From Gammaproteobacteria bacterium (lineage in GTDB: Bacteria; Pseudomonadota; Gammaproteobacteria; Eutrophobiales; Eutrophobiaceae): a stretch of 64,000 nucleotides of DNA. Below, piece by piece: positions 1 through 10,900 of this stretch. The stretch's first letter is position 1, and each line of letters begins with the position of its first letter. The notes beneath the pieces are model-generated. The model saw only the letters and a program-made list of their open reading frames with translations. It was not told the origin of the DNA and ran no database searches. Location of the stretch: assembly GCA_965222155.1 (NCBI GenBank), contig CBDCTH010000012.1, forward strand, positions 2,432,001 to 2,496,000, written 5' to 3'. The translations under genes were made by a program, and so were the position numbers.

Positions 1-161
1 AGGATTGACAGTAATGCCTTGGCGGAAAGTTTATTTACCATAATACGTGTTAACGACAGCTGATCCTGTACCAGGGTTGTTCAGAGTTACAATGACTTCC
101 GTTGATATTCAGCAGTTCCCGCTAACTCCCGGGATCCAGCCCCCTGTCTTCGCTGGAACCT

Positions 162-196
162 GGAGACAGATTTAAATCTGTCCCCCCCGTCCCCCC
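162..196. repeat. REP-like palindrome GGAGACAGATTTAAATCTGTCCCC with reiterated end
   Basis: Hairpin gacagattt/aaatctgtc. Related copies at 30041 and 38498. Confidence 0.6.
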
Positions 197-303
197 TATC
201 TTCGACTATAATCACTGTATTGACCTCAAGTTAGTGGGACTACCTGGTTGATATTAACGCCGCCTGGGAAGGTGTCTGCCAACTTTGAAAAATCTGCCGG
301 TTA

Positions 304-1521
304 TCATAGCAGTTCCTTTATGGGTGTGCCTGTGTCAGCCAGTCTTGTTTTATCCACTTTCTTTTGCATCGGGATCAGTTTCCTGGTGAACATGAACTCC
401 TGGGGTTTGTTTACCGCGTCAACAGCAATCACCCGGCCCGCTCTCAGGTAGAATGCCGCAAAGCTGCGGCCGTTGCCCGGGTTGCCCCGGGTGATGATTT
501 CATCGTAATCCTGAGACAGGCCGGCGATCTGCAACATCAGGTCGTATTGTTCGGACCAGAACCAGGGAACGGCATTATAGCTTATTTCCTTGCCGCAGGC
601 GGCGCCGGCGATGACCCTGGACTGGTCCGTGGCATTCTGTACCGATTCGAGCCGGATCCAGCGATCATAAACCGGGTTGTGGTGGAAAGTGCAATCACCG
701 GCAGCGAAAATATCCGGGTCCGACGTTTGCGCCCGGGCATTGACTACGATGCCGTTTTCGACCTGCAGCCCTGCCGCCTCTGCCAGTTCAGTGTTCGGCA
801 ATATGCCAACGCCTATGATGACGAGGTCGGCAGCGAATTCACTCCCGTCACTGCACAGGACTTTGCTAACCCTGCCGTTGCCTTTGAAACCGGTCACGCC
901 GATACCGCAACGAATACTGACGCCTTCTTCCTGGTGTATGCGGGTATAGAATTCCGATAGCACAGGGGCTGTTACCCGTTGTAATACCCGCTCCATCATC
1001 TCCAGCACCGTCACGTTCATTCCTTTTCCGTTCAGCACCGCCGCCGTCTCAAGACCGATGTAACCACCACCGACGATCACGGCGTTTGCCCCCGGGCTGA
1101 TGTGCGCACTTATACGATCGACGTCCTTCAGGTCGCGCAGGTAGAATACGCCGTCAAGGTCTACTCCCGGCAAATTCACCTTTCTGACTTTTGACCCGAC
1201 GGTTAACGCCAGTTTGTCATAGGACAGGGTTTCGTTATTACTCAGCCGTATCGTCTTGTTGTCCCTGTTGATGGACTCGACACGAGTATCGAGAATGAAT
1301 TCAACTTCTGATTTCTCATAGACCTTGGCCGGACGGATCAATATCTCATCCAGGGTTTTCGCGCCGGCCAGAAAGTCTTTCGACAAGGGCGGGCGGTGAT
1401 ACGGTATGGAGGCTTCAGCGCCGACAACGATAATCCGCCCCTGCCAACCCTGTTGACGCAAACCTGGCGCCAACATGGCCGCGGCATGGCTGGCGCCGAC
1501 GATTACGAAAGTTTCACTCAT
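304..1521 (-). CDS. NAD(P)H-ferredoxin reductase (putidaredoxin/rhodocoxin reductase-like)
   Basis: N-terminal FAD fold VIVGASHAA, RPPLSK, GGGYIGLE NAD motif, TSDPDIFAAGD, C-terminal PWFWSEQY. Confidence 0.9.
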   Translation of the reverse strand: MSETFVIVGASHAAAMLAPGLRQQGWQGRIIVVGAEASIPYHRPPLSKDFLAGAKTLDEILIRPAKVYEKSEVEFILDTRVESINRDNKTIRLSNNETLSYDKLALTVGSKVRKVNLPGVDLDGVFYLRDLKDVDRISAHISPGANAVIVGGGYIGLETAAVLNGKGMNVTVLEMMERVLQRVTAPVLSEFYTRIHQEEGVSIRCGIGVTGFKGNGRVSKVLCSDGSEFAADLVIIGVGILPNTELAEAAGLQVENGIVVNARAQTSDPDIFAAGDCTFHHNPVYDRWIRLESVQNATDQSRVIAGAACGKEISYNAVPWFWSEQYDLMLQIAGLSQDYDEIITRGNPGNGRSFAAFYLRAGRVIAVDAVNKPQEFMFTRKLIPMQKKVDKTRLADTGTPIKELL

Positions 1522-1552
1522 TCTTGTTTTTCCTCAATGTTTAAAATTGGGC

Positions 1553-1720
1553 ACAGGCCGGAATCCCCCCCCGCCGCTATTCCGACGATAGCCCCCCGTC
1601 GTCATTTGCGAAAGTTTACCCCTGTATGCTGTTGAGCAGGGGCAGGAATCCAGTGAAACAATGAGTCGCTTTCAGCGACACGATAATTGACTGGATGCCG
1701 GGTCAAGCCCGGCATGACGA
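1553..1720. repeat. dRS3-like/REPIN-like palindrome doublet with nested mini-palindrome
   Basis: ggaatccagt...gactggatgccgggtcaagcccggcatgac, closely similar to 49980-50071. Confidence 0.65.
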
Positions 1721-1765
1721 CGGGGGTAACCGCCATCATTCCGGACCATGTCGAAACTACCATAT

Positions 1766-3052
1766 TCAACGGCATAGTCTACTCACTACATGATAAATTG
1801 CATCCGTCAATTGAGTCAGTTCGTCCGCGTCTATGACATAAGGCGGCATGATGTATATCAAGCGGCCGAATGGTCTGACCCAGACTCCCTGTTCCACAAA
1901 CCAGTGAGGGACAACGTGCATGTCCACCGGCTTGTCAAGCTCCACCACGCCGATTGCGCCCAGCACTCTTACATCTACCACGTTTTCCAGTTCCCTGCAC
2001 ACGGCCAGTTCAGTTTGAAGCTGTCTTTGTATACTGTTGACCCGATCCTGCCAGCCGGTTTGTTCCAGCAGGCTGATACTCGCCGATGCCACAGAACAGG
2101 CCAGCGGGTTCGCCATAAAGGTGGGACCGTGCATGAATATACCTTCACCTCCCGCGGAGATGGTGTCGGCAACACGCGCAGTCGTCAGTGTGGCCGCCAG
2201 GGTCATGTACCCCCCCGTCAGCGCCTTGCCCAGGCACATGATATCAGGCGTGACCCGGTTGTGTTCGCAGGCGAATAGCTTGCCGGTCCTGCCAAACCCG
2301 GTGGCAATTTCGTCGAAAATCAACAGCAGGTCGTACCGGTCACAGATTTCCCTGACTTTATTCAGGTACACAGGCGAGTAAAACCACATGCCCCCGGCCC
2401 CCTGTACGACCGGTTCCAATATTATCGCAGCGATTTCATCATGGTGACTTTCAGCCAGCGTTTTCAGGGATGCTATATCATCGTCGCACCATTTCTCACC
2501 AAAGCGGATCCTGGGAGCGTCGGCAAAGTAATGGCAGGGCAGGACGTCCTTGAACAGCGAGTGCATACCGGTCACCGGATCACAAACCGCCATGGCGCCG
2601 AAGGTATCGCCATGATAACCTTGGCGTATGGTCAGTAGCTTTTGCTTGTCCGGGCACCCTTTAGCCGCCCAGTATTGAAGCGCCATCTTGATGCCGACTT
2701 CCACGGAGACCGAACCGGAATCGGCAAAGAAGACGGTCTGCAATTCACACGGGGTGATTTCGACCAGCTTCTGCGCCAACCTGATTGCAGGCTCATGAGT
2801 CAGACCGCCGAACATGACATGGGCCATAGCCTGTATCTGCGTGCTGAGGGCCCCATTTAAAACCGGGTGATTGTACCCGTGGATGGCGCACCACCAGGAG
2901 GCCATGCCATCGATCAATTCCCGGCCGTCCGCCAGCGTGAGCTTCACGCCGCGGGCCGAGGCAACGGGAAACACCGGCGGCGGGTCTACCATGGACGTAT
3001 AGGGGTGCCAGAGCAGCGGCCTGTCAGCTTCAATCAGGGTGTTATAACTCAT
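1766..3052 (-). CDS. bioA: Adenosylmethionine-8-amino-7-oxononanoate aminotransferase
   Basis: [51 protein letters not shown]. Confidence 0.95.
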   Translation of the reverse strand: MSYNTLIEADRPLLWHPYTSMVDPPPVFPVASARGVKLTLADGRELIDGMASWWCAIHGYNHPVLNGALSTQIQAMAHVMFGGLTHEPAIRLAQKLVEITPCELQTVFFADSGSVSVEVGIKMALQYWAAKGCPDKQKLLTIRQGYHGDTFGAMAVCDPVTGMHSLFKDVLPCHYFADAPRIRFGEKWCDDDIASLKTLAESHHDEIAAIILEPVVQGAGGMWFYSPVYLNKVREICDRYDLLLIFDEIATGFGRTGKLFACEHNRVTPDIMCLGKALTGGYMTLAATLTTARVADTISAGGEGIFMHGPTFMANPLACSVASASISLLEQTGWQDRVNSIQRQLQTELAVCRELENVVDVRVLGAIGVVELDKPVDMHVVPHWFVEQGVWVRPFGRLIYIMPPYVIDADELTQLTDAIYHVVSRLCR

Positions 3053-3124
3053 TACGATGCCGTAATATTCCAGTACTGATGTGTAGTATCAATGCACAAT
3101 ATACACTGACTGGCAGCACAAACC

Positions 3125-3487
3125 ATGTGTGAACCGCTTGCGCCTTGTCCTTATCCTTTTACCTGCGTCTGCAGTAGAGATGATGCAGCGTTTCGTCATC
3201 GCATCGAACCACTCGCCGTGCAGGGGGATCCTGTTGTCACCTTCAACCGGCTGAAGAAGCTGTTGGCCCGTGCGGAGCGAACCGTCATCGTCACTTCAAC
3301 GGATGATTATGTCCATGCCGTCTGCACAACCCGGCTTGGGTACATTGACGACCTGAAGTTCCGCCTGTGCCATGCAAAGGGTGTGATCCATGTCCGCTCC
3401 GCGGCGCGGACGTGGCACGCCTTATACGACTTCGGTGTTAACCGGGAGCGCGTCGAGGCGCTTCGCCGCCAGCTGCAAAGCATATAG
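3125..3487 (+). CDS. DUF1499 family protein
   Basis: LAPCP..CVCS, YIDDL.F, IHVRSAAR, DFGVNRERVE. Confidence 0.75.
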   Translation: MCEPLAPCPYPFTCVCSRDDAAFRHRIEPLAVQGDPVVTFNRLKKLLARAERTVIVTSTDDYVHAVCTTRLGYIDDLKFRLCHAKGVIHVRSAARTWHALYDFGVNRERVEALRRQLQSI

Positions 3488-3496
3488 CCTGGAGGT

Positions 3497-5140
3497 TCAA
3501 TAACCCGCTGCCTGTCCGTCCTTGCGGGATTCCGAGGCGCCGTGGTAAACGCCGTTATCAGCTCTCATGATAGCCTGATACCCGCCGAAACCGTCCTCAG
3601 TCCGCTGTACATGGTGACCGCGCTTGGCCAGGTTTTTTACCACCTGGTCGGGAAATCCTCTCTCCAGCATGACAACTCCGCCGTCTGTGAGGTAATCACC
3701 CATGTCCGCCGTTGGTTCGGTTGAACCGTTATGGCGCCAGCGCGGCGCATCTCCCGCCAGTTGTACGTCCATGCCGAAATCAATGATATTGGTCAACACC
3801 TGCACGTGACCTTGGGGTTGCATATCACCACCCATGACGCCGAAACTCATGAAGGGTTTATCATCTTTCATAACAAAAGCGGGAATGATGGTGTGGAATG
3901 GTCGTTTCCCGGGCGCGTAGGCGTTGGCATGGGATTGATCCATGGAAAACATCAGCCCGCGGTTTTGCAGGGCAAAGCCGGTCCCAGGTATGACGATGCC
4001 GGAACCGAAATAGTGGTAGACGCTCTGAATCAACGATACCATGTTGCCTGCGGAGTCTGCCGTCGTCAGATAAATGGTGTCACCATCCCGCAAAATCTTC
4101 TCTCCGGCCCTGACATTGACAGCGGCGCTGTCTTTTATCAGGGAACGTCTTTTTTTGTTGTATTTCCCGCTGAGTAGGCGTCTAGTCTGCGCTTCGCTGA
4201 AATCCGGATCCGCGTAAAATTTCGCCCGGTCTTCGAACACCAGCTTTTTTGCCTCCAGCATCAGGTGCAGGCAATCCACGTTCATAAATCCCATGGCGGT
4301 GAGGTTATCGTCTTCAAGCATCTTCAACATCTGCAAGGCGGCGATGCCCTGACCGCTGGGGGGTAGTTCAAACACGTCATAACCCCGGTATTTCACGGCT
4401 ACCGGCGTTATCCAGTCGGACCGATGTGCTTGCAGGTCAGCGTGATCGATGTAACCGTCGTTATTTTTCATGAAGTCTACGATCCGCTCGGCCAGTTCAC
4501 CCTGGTAAAACGCTTTATTGCCGGCATCCGCAACCAGCCGGTATGAACGGGCCAGGTCCCGGTTGATAAAAATCTCGCCGGTAGATGGAGCCTGACCTCC
4601 CGGTGCGTAAACGGAATGGAACACGCCCGGCAGGGTTTTCGGTATTTCTGCCGCCGCGCCCTGCCATTGACCGGCGATAACGGGAGAGACGGGAAATCCG
4701 CTTTCTGCGTAATGGATTGCGGGCGCCAGTAATTCGGGAAACGACAGTTTGCCGAACCTGTCATGCAACGTAGTCCAGCCATGTACTGCGCCCGGAACGG
4801 ATACCGACAGGATGCTGTTGTACGGAATGAGATTTGTACCGAGTTTTCGTAAGTGTCCGGACAATTTTCCGTGATCGAGTGATTTGGGAGAACGCCCGCT
4901 GGCATTGAGGCCGTGCAGTTGCCGGTCTTTCGCATCCCAGACGATGGCAAACAAATCGCCGCCCATGCCACACATATGGGGTTCCATCAGTCCCAGAGCG
5001 GCGTTGGTCGCGATAGCTGCATCCACCGCGCTGCCACCTTTTTTCAGGATGGATAAGCCGACGTCAGTGGCAACAGGATGGCTGCTGGCTACCATGCCGG
5101 TGTCGGTGATCACCGCAGAACGGCTGCTTGTTATCTTCAT
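3497..5140 (-). CDS. ggt: Gamma-glutamyltransferase
   Basis: GGSAVDAAIA, VSVPG, autoprocessing Thr in GDTIYL, PGKRPFHTIIP, GVMGGDMQPQGH. Confidence 0.92.
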   Translation of the reverse strand: MKITSSRSAVITDTGMVASSHPVATDVGLSILKKGGSAVDAAIATNAALGLMEPHMCGMGGDLFAIVWDAKDRQLHGLNASGRSPKSLDHGKLSGHLRKLGTNLIPYNSILSVSVPGAVHGWTTLHDRFGKLSFPELLAPAIHYAESGFPVSPVIAGQWQGAAAEIPKTLPGVFHSVYAPGGQAPSTGEIFINRDLARSYRLVADAGNKAFYQGELAERIVDFMKNNDGYIDHADLQAHRSDWITPVAVKYRGYDVFELPPSGQGIAALQMLKMLEDDNLTAMGFMNVDCLHLMLEAKKLVFEDRAKFYADPDFSEAQTRRLLSGKYNKKRRSLIKDSAAVNVRAGEKILRDGDTIYLTTADSAGNMVSLIQSVYHYFGSGIVIPGTGFALQNRGLMFSMDQSHANAYAPGKRPFHTIIPAFVMKDDKPFMSFGVMGGDMQPQGHVQVLTNIIDFGMDVQLAGDAPRWRHNGSTEPTADMGDYLTDGGVVMLERGFPDQVVKNLAKRGHHVQRTEDGFGGYQAIMRADNGVYHGASESRKDGQAAGY

Positions 5141-5169
5141 GTTCCCGGTTCACTCAGTTGAGGTTAAAT

Positions 5170-5341
5170 CCGCAGATAACGCAGATTATCGCAGATGAAA
5201 GATAATCTTTTTGTTTTTCTCTGTGTACTCTGTGCTCTCTGTGGTTTTCATGTTTGTCTGTTTAACCGCAGAGGCCACAGAGAACACGGAGTTAAATAAT
5301 TTTTTATCTGCATTCATCTGCGTCATCTGCGTCATCTGCGG
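5170..5341. repeat. Nested inverted arrays of ~9-bp units (CGCAGAT-type outside, CACAGAG-type inside)
   Basis: cgcagataacgcagattatcgcagat at left and atctgc x4 at right. Inside, ctctgtg x3 faces cagag/cacagag/cacggag. Confidence 0.65.
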
Positions 5342-5435
5342 ATAATTATACACCTGAACTCCCGTTGAATTGAAACGGCTTGCCAGTTGCCTGTCATTTC
5401 ATCAATATGTCGGGCGTAGATGGAAACAGCATTAC

Positions 5436-6353
5436 ATGGGCAATCACATCATAAAAGCCAAAAACCTGAAAAAATCCTTTAATGGCGAATTTGTCGTCAA
5501 GGGAATAGATTTACAGGTTCCTTCCGGTGGTTGTTTCGGCTTGCTGGGTCCCAACGGCGCCGGCAAGACGACCACGCTGAGGATGATCCTGGGCCAATCC
5601 CCCCTGACTGAGGGCAGCCTGGAAGTCATGGGGCTGGATGTGCCGACACATGCCCGCCGGATACGCAGAGACATTGGCGTAGTCCCGCAACTGGATAATC
5701 TTGATCCCGATTTTACCGTAGCGGAAAACCTGAAAGTCTATGCCGGATTCTTCAATCTCAAGGGGCCTGAGTTGAATAAACGGATCGGGGAGCTATTGAA
5801 ATTCGTCGAGCTGAGTGAAAAAGCGCATGTCCGCATCAATCAACTGTCAGGTGGAATGAAGCGGCGTCTCAGCATTGCCCGGGCCCTGGTGAATAACCCC
5901 AGGTTATTGGTATTGGATGAACCAACGACCGGACTGGATCCCCAGGTCAGGCACCTGATCTGGGGCCGGTTGCGGGAATTGAAAACTTCAGGCACGACCT
6001 TATTACTGACCACGCATTTTATGGAAGAGGCGGAACGCCTGTGTGATGATATCGTTATCATGGACCACGGCGTTATCCTGAGTCAGGGACATCCGAAACA
6101 GTTAATCAAGGAACACGTGGAACCCGAGGTAGTGGAAATACACGGTGAAATGGATGCGCTCCCCGGCATATTGACGGAGACGGATTTATACAGGGCGGAG
6201 ATAGTGGGAGAGACGATCTATTATTTTACCAACTCCCCGGGAGAAATAATCCGGCGGGTTGAAGACAAGCCGAATGTGCACTACCTGCATCGTCCCGCCA
6301 ACCTGGAAGACGTGTTCCTGCGCCTGACCGGCAGGGAGTTAAGAGAATTATGA
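5436..6353 (+). CDS. nodI: NodI-like ABC-2 exporter ATP-binding subunit
   Basis: GPNGAGKTT, LSGGMKRR, LDEPTTGLDPQ, C-terminal RPANLEDVFLRLTGR. ATG 5436 is preferred over TTG 5370. Confidence 0.8.
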   Translation: MGNHIIKAKNLKKSFNGEFVVKGIDLQVPSGGCFGLLGPNGAGKTTTLRMILGQSPLTEGSLEVMGLDVPTHARRIRRDIGVVPQLDNLDPDFTVAENLKVYAGFFNLKGPELNKRIGELLKFVELSEKAHVRINQLSGGMKRRLSIARALVNNPRLLVLDEPTTGLDPQVRHLIWGRLRELKTSGTTLLLTTHFMEEAERLCDDIVIMDHGVILSQGHPKQLIKEHVEPEVVEIHGEMDALPGILTETDLYRAEIVGETIYYFTNSPGEIIRRVEDKPNVHYLHRPANLEDVFLRLTGRELREL

Positions 6354-7129
6354 TCGACCGGCGTCTTCCCCGGATGGGGCTCGGCATGTTCCACGTCTGG
6401 CGCCGCAACCTGCTGGTTTGGAAAAAATTGGTTGTTCCCAGCTTATTGCTGAACTTCGGCGAACCGTTTCTGTACCTCCTCGGGCTGGGCCTCGGACTGG
6501 GCAGATTTGTCGGCGAACTGGGCGGCTTGCCTTACCTGACTTTCCTCGCCACCGGCCTCATTGCCTCATCTTCCATGAATACAGCGACGTTCGAAGGCAT
6601 GTTTTCAGTTTACACGCGCATGGTCCCGCAACAGACCTATGAGGGTATGCTGGCCACGCCCCTGGAAGTCGACGACATCGTAGCCGGTGAGATGCTGTGG
6701 TGTGCAACCAAGGGGTTATTCAGCAGTTCGGCTATCTTGCTGGTGGCCTCCCTGCTCGGCGCAATCACCCACTGGCAGGCTATATTGTGTATCCCGCTGT
6801 TCTTTTTAACGGGTTTGTGTTTTGCCGGGCCAGCCATCATGGTCGCCTCATTCTCCCGCTCTTATGATTTCTTCAATTACTACGTCACCCTGGTATTGAC
6901 CCCCATGTTCATCTTCTGCGGGGTATTCTATCCTGTTGCCACACTACCCGATTTTGCCCAGTCCCTGGTGAAGTTATTACCGCTCAGCCATGCCATCGCC
7001 GTGATCCGTCCCCTGGCTGCAGGACAAGAATTATCCCAGGTCATGCTTCACCTCTCCGTTCTGCTTTCGTTTGCCCTGATCAGCTTTTATTGGGCAGTCG
7101 TGTTGGTGCGCAGACGGTTGATTCAGTAG
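6350..7129 (+). CDS. nodJ: NodJ-like ABC-2 permease
   Basis: VWRRN..VW, EP.LYL.GLG.GLG, about six TM segments. ATGA overlap with nodI. Confidence 0.8.
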   Translation: MIDRRLPRMGLGMFHVWRRNLLVWKKLVVPSLLLNFGEPFLYLLGLGLGLGRFVGELGGLPYLTFLATGLIASSSMNTATFEGMFSVYTRMVPQQTYEGMLATPLEVDDIVAGEMLWCATKGLFSSSAILLVASLLGAITHWQAILCIPLFFLTGLCFAGPAIMVASFSRSYDFFNYYVTLVLTPMFIFCGVFYPVATLPDFAQSLVKLLPLSHAIAVIRPLAAGQELSQVMLHLSVLLSFALISFYWAVVLVRRRLIQ

Positions 7130-7241
7130 TGGTATAGCTGTCCACCCGCTTACTTATTGCGGACGTCATGGCAGCTCGTCGCAATGATAACTTCTATAAG
7201 AAATATTTATCAGGCAACTATGGAGCAATCCCACATATCGG

Positions 7242-7436
7242 ATGAGAAGGAACTATCGACAAAGACCACAGGATTCTGATAGAGCCCAAAAAGCACTCCT
7301 GAAAGCCTGGCCGGAGTACGGCAAACCGATGACAGGAAAAAAGTTAAGTCGACGCATCGGAATAGAAGAAGTCAGGCAGGCAATGTCTGTCGAGCCGGAA
7401 TTGAAGGCCTTTTTGCAAACCATCGGCTTGGTCTGA
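7242..7436 (+). pseudogene. C-terminal fragment of a RloB/DUF4276-like protein
   Basis: AWPEYGK...LSRRIG...EPELKAFL..IG resembles the C-termini of these families. There is no N-terminal part. Confidence 0.35.
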
Positions 7437-7440
7437 TGAT

Positions 7441-7863
7441 TCACAGACGGGGGCGCCATGCCCCTCTGCTAGGTTCTGCGTTCCTTAACGGACAGGTGTA
7501 GGGCTTCTCTGAGTTGTTTAGATATTGGATGTCTTCATCATCCATTTTGGCAACAGCTTGTTGCCAAAACTCAAGTTTTGAATAGGCAGTATAAAATTGT
7601 TTCATATTTCGCAGATTACGTGGGGAAAAGCCGGCCACTGCAGGGAATGCTGTACTTAAGTCACGTGACAGGTGATTTATAACCGATTGGGCCCAGCCCA
7701 ATGCTTTCTACTTCTCGACAATCCCGCGTCCGATGTCCTAATACAACAGAATCAATTCGCTGTTTACAGACCGCGCCGCTGAAAATTGCGCCGATAGGAT
7801 ACGGGATTTTATTTCTCCCAGCCAAGCCGAGTAGTCAGACGATATCGCGAATGTGTCAGTCAT
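7441..7863 (-). pseudogene. YhcG/DUF1016 N-terminal domain, two in-frame TAG stops, truncated
   Basis: AGGAG RBS and ATG 7863. Reads YSAWLGEIKSRI.SAQ..AARSVNSELILLY*DIGRGIVEK*KALGWAQSVI..LSRDL...FP...GFSPRNLRNM, with stops at 7738-7740 and 7708-7710. Confidence 0.85.
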
Positions 7864-7904
7864 TTGTTACTCCTAATCCGTCAGATGTGTAATTCCTGTC
7901 CGCG

Positions 7905-10900
7905 TTAGCGTTCGTATTCATCAAGATTGCCTCTGATTTCGTCAATCCCTTCCAGGCATGTCCGATCAATCAGGTCAAGACATTTACACGCCCATTCGTC
8001 CTGCTGGTGTTGGTGATAAGTGCGGAAGACCAGCTTTATGACAGTAGGAATATCGCCTGCCCGACCCTTGGAAATATCCTTCGCCTCGTCACTGAACCGT
8101 TCGAGAAATTTCTCGCACGCAACATACGTGATACCAGGCAGTCGATGTGAGGATTTTTCAAGGGCATAAAGTATAGAAGATGAGTCTTCCTGGTAGGCTG
8201 CACTGTTGCAAAACTTATTTATCAGTGTTGTATTGGACTCCAGAGGTTGTTCCTCTAAATTACAAAAACACGTCGCCGCCTCTTGACGAACCTTGTCATC
8301 ACTATCATTGAAAAATCGCAAGAGTTTTTGCTCAGACCACGGGCGACAATCATCCCGACCAATGTTGCTGGCAGCTACTTTTGCCACTCCGAGTCTCTGT
8401 GATGGGCTGCCCTGAAGCGCTTCTTCCACAATATCTTCGGCTTCGTTGTGATTGTAAAGCACAGCGAGACTAGCCAGTCGGGCGCCAGCTTCATTTATTT
8501 CGGAAACTTTAGACCGTAGCATTCTTTCGATGATACTCTGAAGTTGCCCGAAATGGTCATGTAGCGCACAATGAATGAAATAATCCACATCCCGAGTCGC
8601 CAGCAAGCGGTCATTATCTAAACTCCCCTTAGAATTGGTAAGTCTGGCAAATTGCGCTAAAGCAAATTCCCAATCATGATTAGTTATAGCTAATAGTGTC
8701 GAACTCGCGCACGCCCGCACAGCTACACTCTCGTCGTTGGCCAGCTGTTCAACGGTAGAACGAAAACGACCAACATACGAACTATCTCGTAGTATAAGAT
8801 TGCGAATGCTCTCCGCAGCACGTCCGCGTGTCGTGTTGATACCATATGTAAGAATTTCTTTTCCGGAATTGGACTTTCCAATTGAGACTTCTTCATTCGA
8901 TAATTCATTCTCTGGGTCAGGATGCTCGGTTGCCAACCAGTCGAGCATCTGCACGGCGTTGTCAGGAAGCTTGTCTTTGATGGAACCCAGTAAATCAGCA
9001 ATCGCCTTTCCGCAATCATAACGTGATTCAGAATATGCCTTTCGACAAACTGCCAATTTGAGCTCGGTATATCCGTCGGTTTCTTTCAGACCGAAGAGGG
9101 TATATTCTATGTAGACCGGATTTGTGTTCGGGGGGAAGCTGAGGCTCAGACGGGCAAATCGTTCCGGTTCATTCTTTACAAACTCTTGCAACATCCATGC
9201 AAGTTCAACGGCCCCGCCCTTTTCAGGGTTCACCAATGAGAAGTTTCTATCCAGGGCATGTTTATTGATTGCCCGGAGCCACTGCTCGTCCGTCATTTTC
9301 TCTGCTGCCGACTTTTCGATTGGGGAACTTACTATATACGCTTCTGACTGCTTAGGAGGAGTTATCGTTTCACCAAACTTTCGTTCAAGCTCTTTATAAC
9401 GAGATTGGGCGTTCCTGCTACGCAACTCAATTGGTATACCGGATAACAAGGCAAAAGAAGCCCCTCCTCTTAATTTATACCCGCGCGTCGTGCGCTCGTA
9501 ATCTGGAGTGTAATTCAAAATAGCCTCTTCCAGTCTTCTGCGGTTGTTATCGGTACATAGTGGGGCAACTTCTTTAATCAATTGTATAGCTACCCAGTAG
9601 GGGCTGTCGGAATATCCGCAATTAAAGCGCCATTTTTTATCACAGAACTCGGAAACAGCTATGTCTGCAAAGTGCTCTGCACCGGCAGTATATGCCTGGA
9701 GAAGGAAGAAATTGGCCATGTAGGTATCATGCTTGCGAAGTTCGGCAAGAATATTTCCAATATAGTTCGAGTTAATCTCAGCAAGTTTTTGCAATGCAAC
9801 GGCGAGCGATTCCCTAAATTCCTCCGTTTTCGAAGCATGTCGTCTATTAATCAGAACCGGCCACACAGCATCACATCTAGGTGGGGGTTTTGTCCCCTGA
9901 AAGACGGCTTCTACAGCTATCTTCAGGACCACCGGTAAGACTTGTTGCACGAACTTTTCAGGGAACTCGTTTGCGGAATTTGCTATATGATCTGAACTAA
10001 ATTCATCGTAGCTGAGCAAGTTTCTCCATTCAGGTCTCCCTGTACTATCCCTAGTCTCTCGAATAATTGAGAGCCGTCTTGATAACCAATGTGCTACTAC
10101 CTCTGGGATCCATTCAAGTCGGGAACCCAGCCTATGTAGCATGTCCCAGAAGGTACTGTTGATTGCGACAGGTCCGCGCACATCGTCCAGAGTCCCATCA
10201 TCTATCAACCTCAAAAACAGGTCGAAAAACCTTCGACTGTTTCCGTGGTCAGCCCATTGCATTATAAAGTTAAATCGTTGAGGCCAATTGCCACCTGTAT
10301 CTACGAATGGTTCAAGTAGTGCTGTTACCCTTTCACCCGAGTGTCTCTGATGAATACGGGCGTAGCTCACAGCGCTATCGACTAGATTATCGTTTTCAGA
10401 TGCAAGCCAACATGCAATCAGGCCGTTTCTATCTGCAACCTGAAACCACGGCTGAGAAAAGAAAAATCGATTCCAGACCAAAGACGCGAATTTATCCGGG
10501 TTCGGTAAACCGCGCTTAATTGCTTCAATTTCGGATTCGAGCCACGGAGCAAGCACTTCCCACTCCTTGTCTTCGGGATCCGGCATCTCAACAGCCAATG
10601 CACAGGCGAGAGCCTTTAAGTGATAACGTATATCGTCTTTCTCCAATAATGTGCGGAGTTCAGTACAATACCGTTCTCGGACAGCATCACGTAGATAAAC
10701 AAGGACTTGCCTCACCTGTGCTCTTCGGAACAAGTGTTGCTCTGAGTTTATGAGAAATGCTGTCAAGGATTCTTCTTGAGCCACAAAGCCGCGAGCGAAA
10801 CAATAATCAAAAAAAGTTTCATGGCCGAATCCGTAGCGTTTCTCGTCATATGAGAGCACGCCTTCAGATGCCATTTGATAAACATAATCAACTGGGAATT

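Noticed and set aside
5370-7129. Nodulation function for the NodIJ-like genes
   Set aside because: This ABC-2 subfamily is widespread in non-nodulating proteobacteria, and there is no nodABC.
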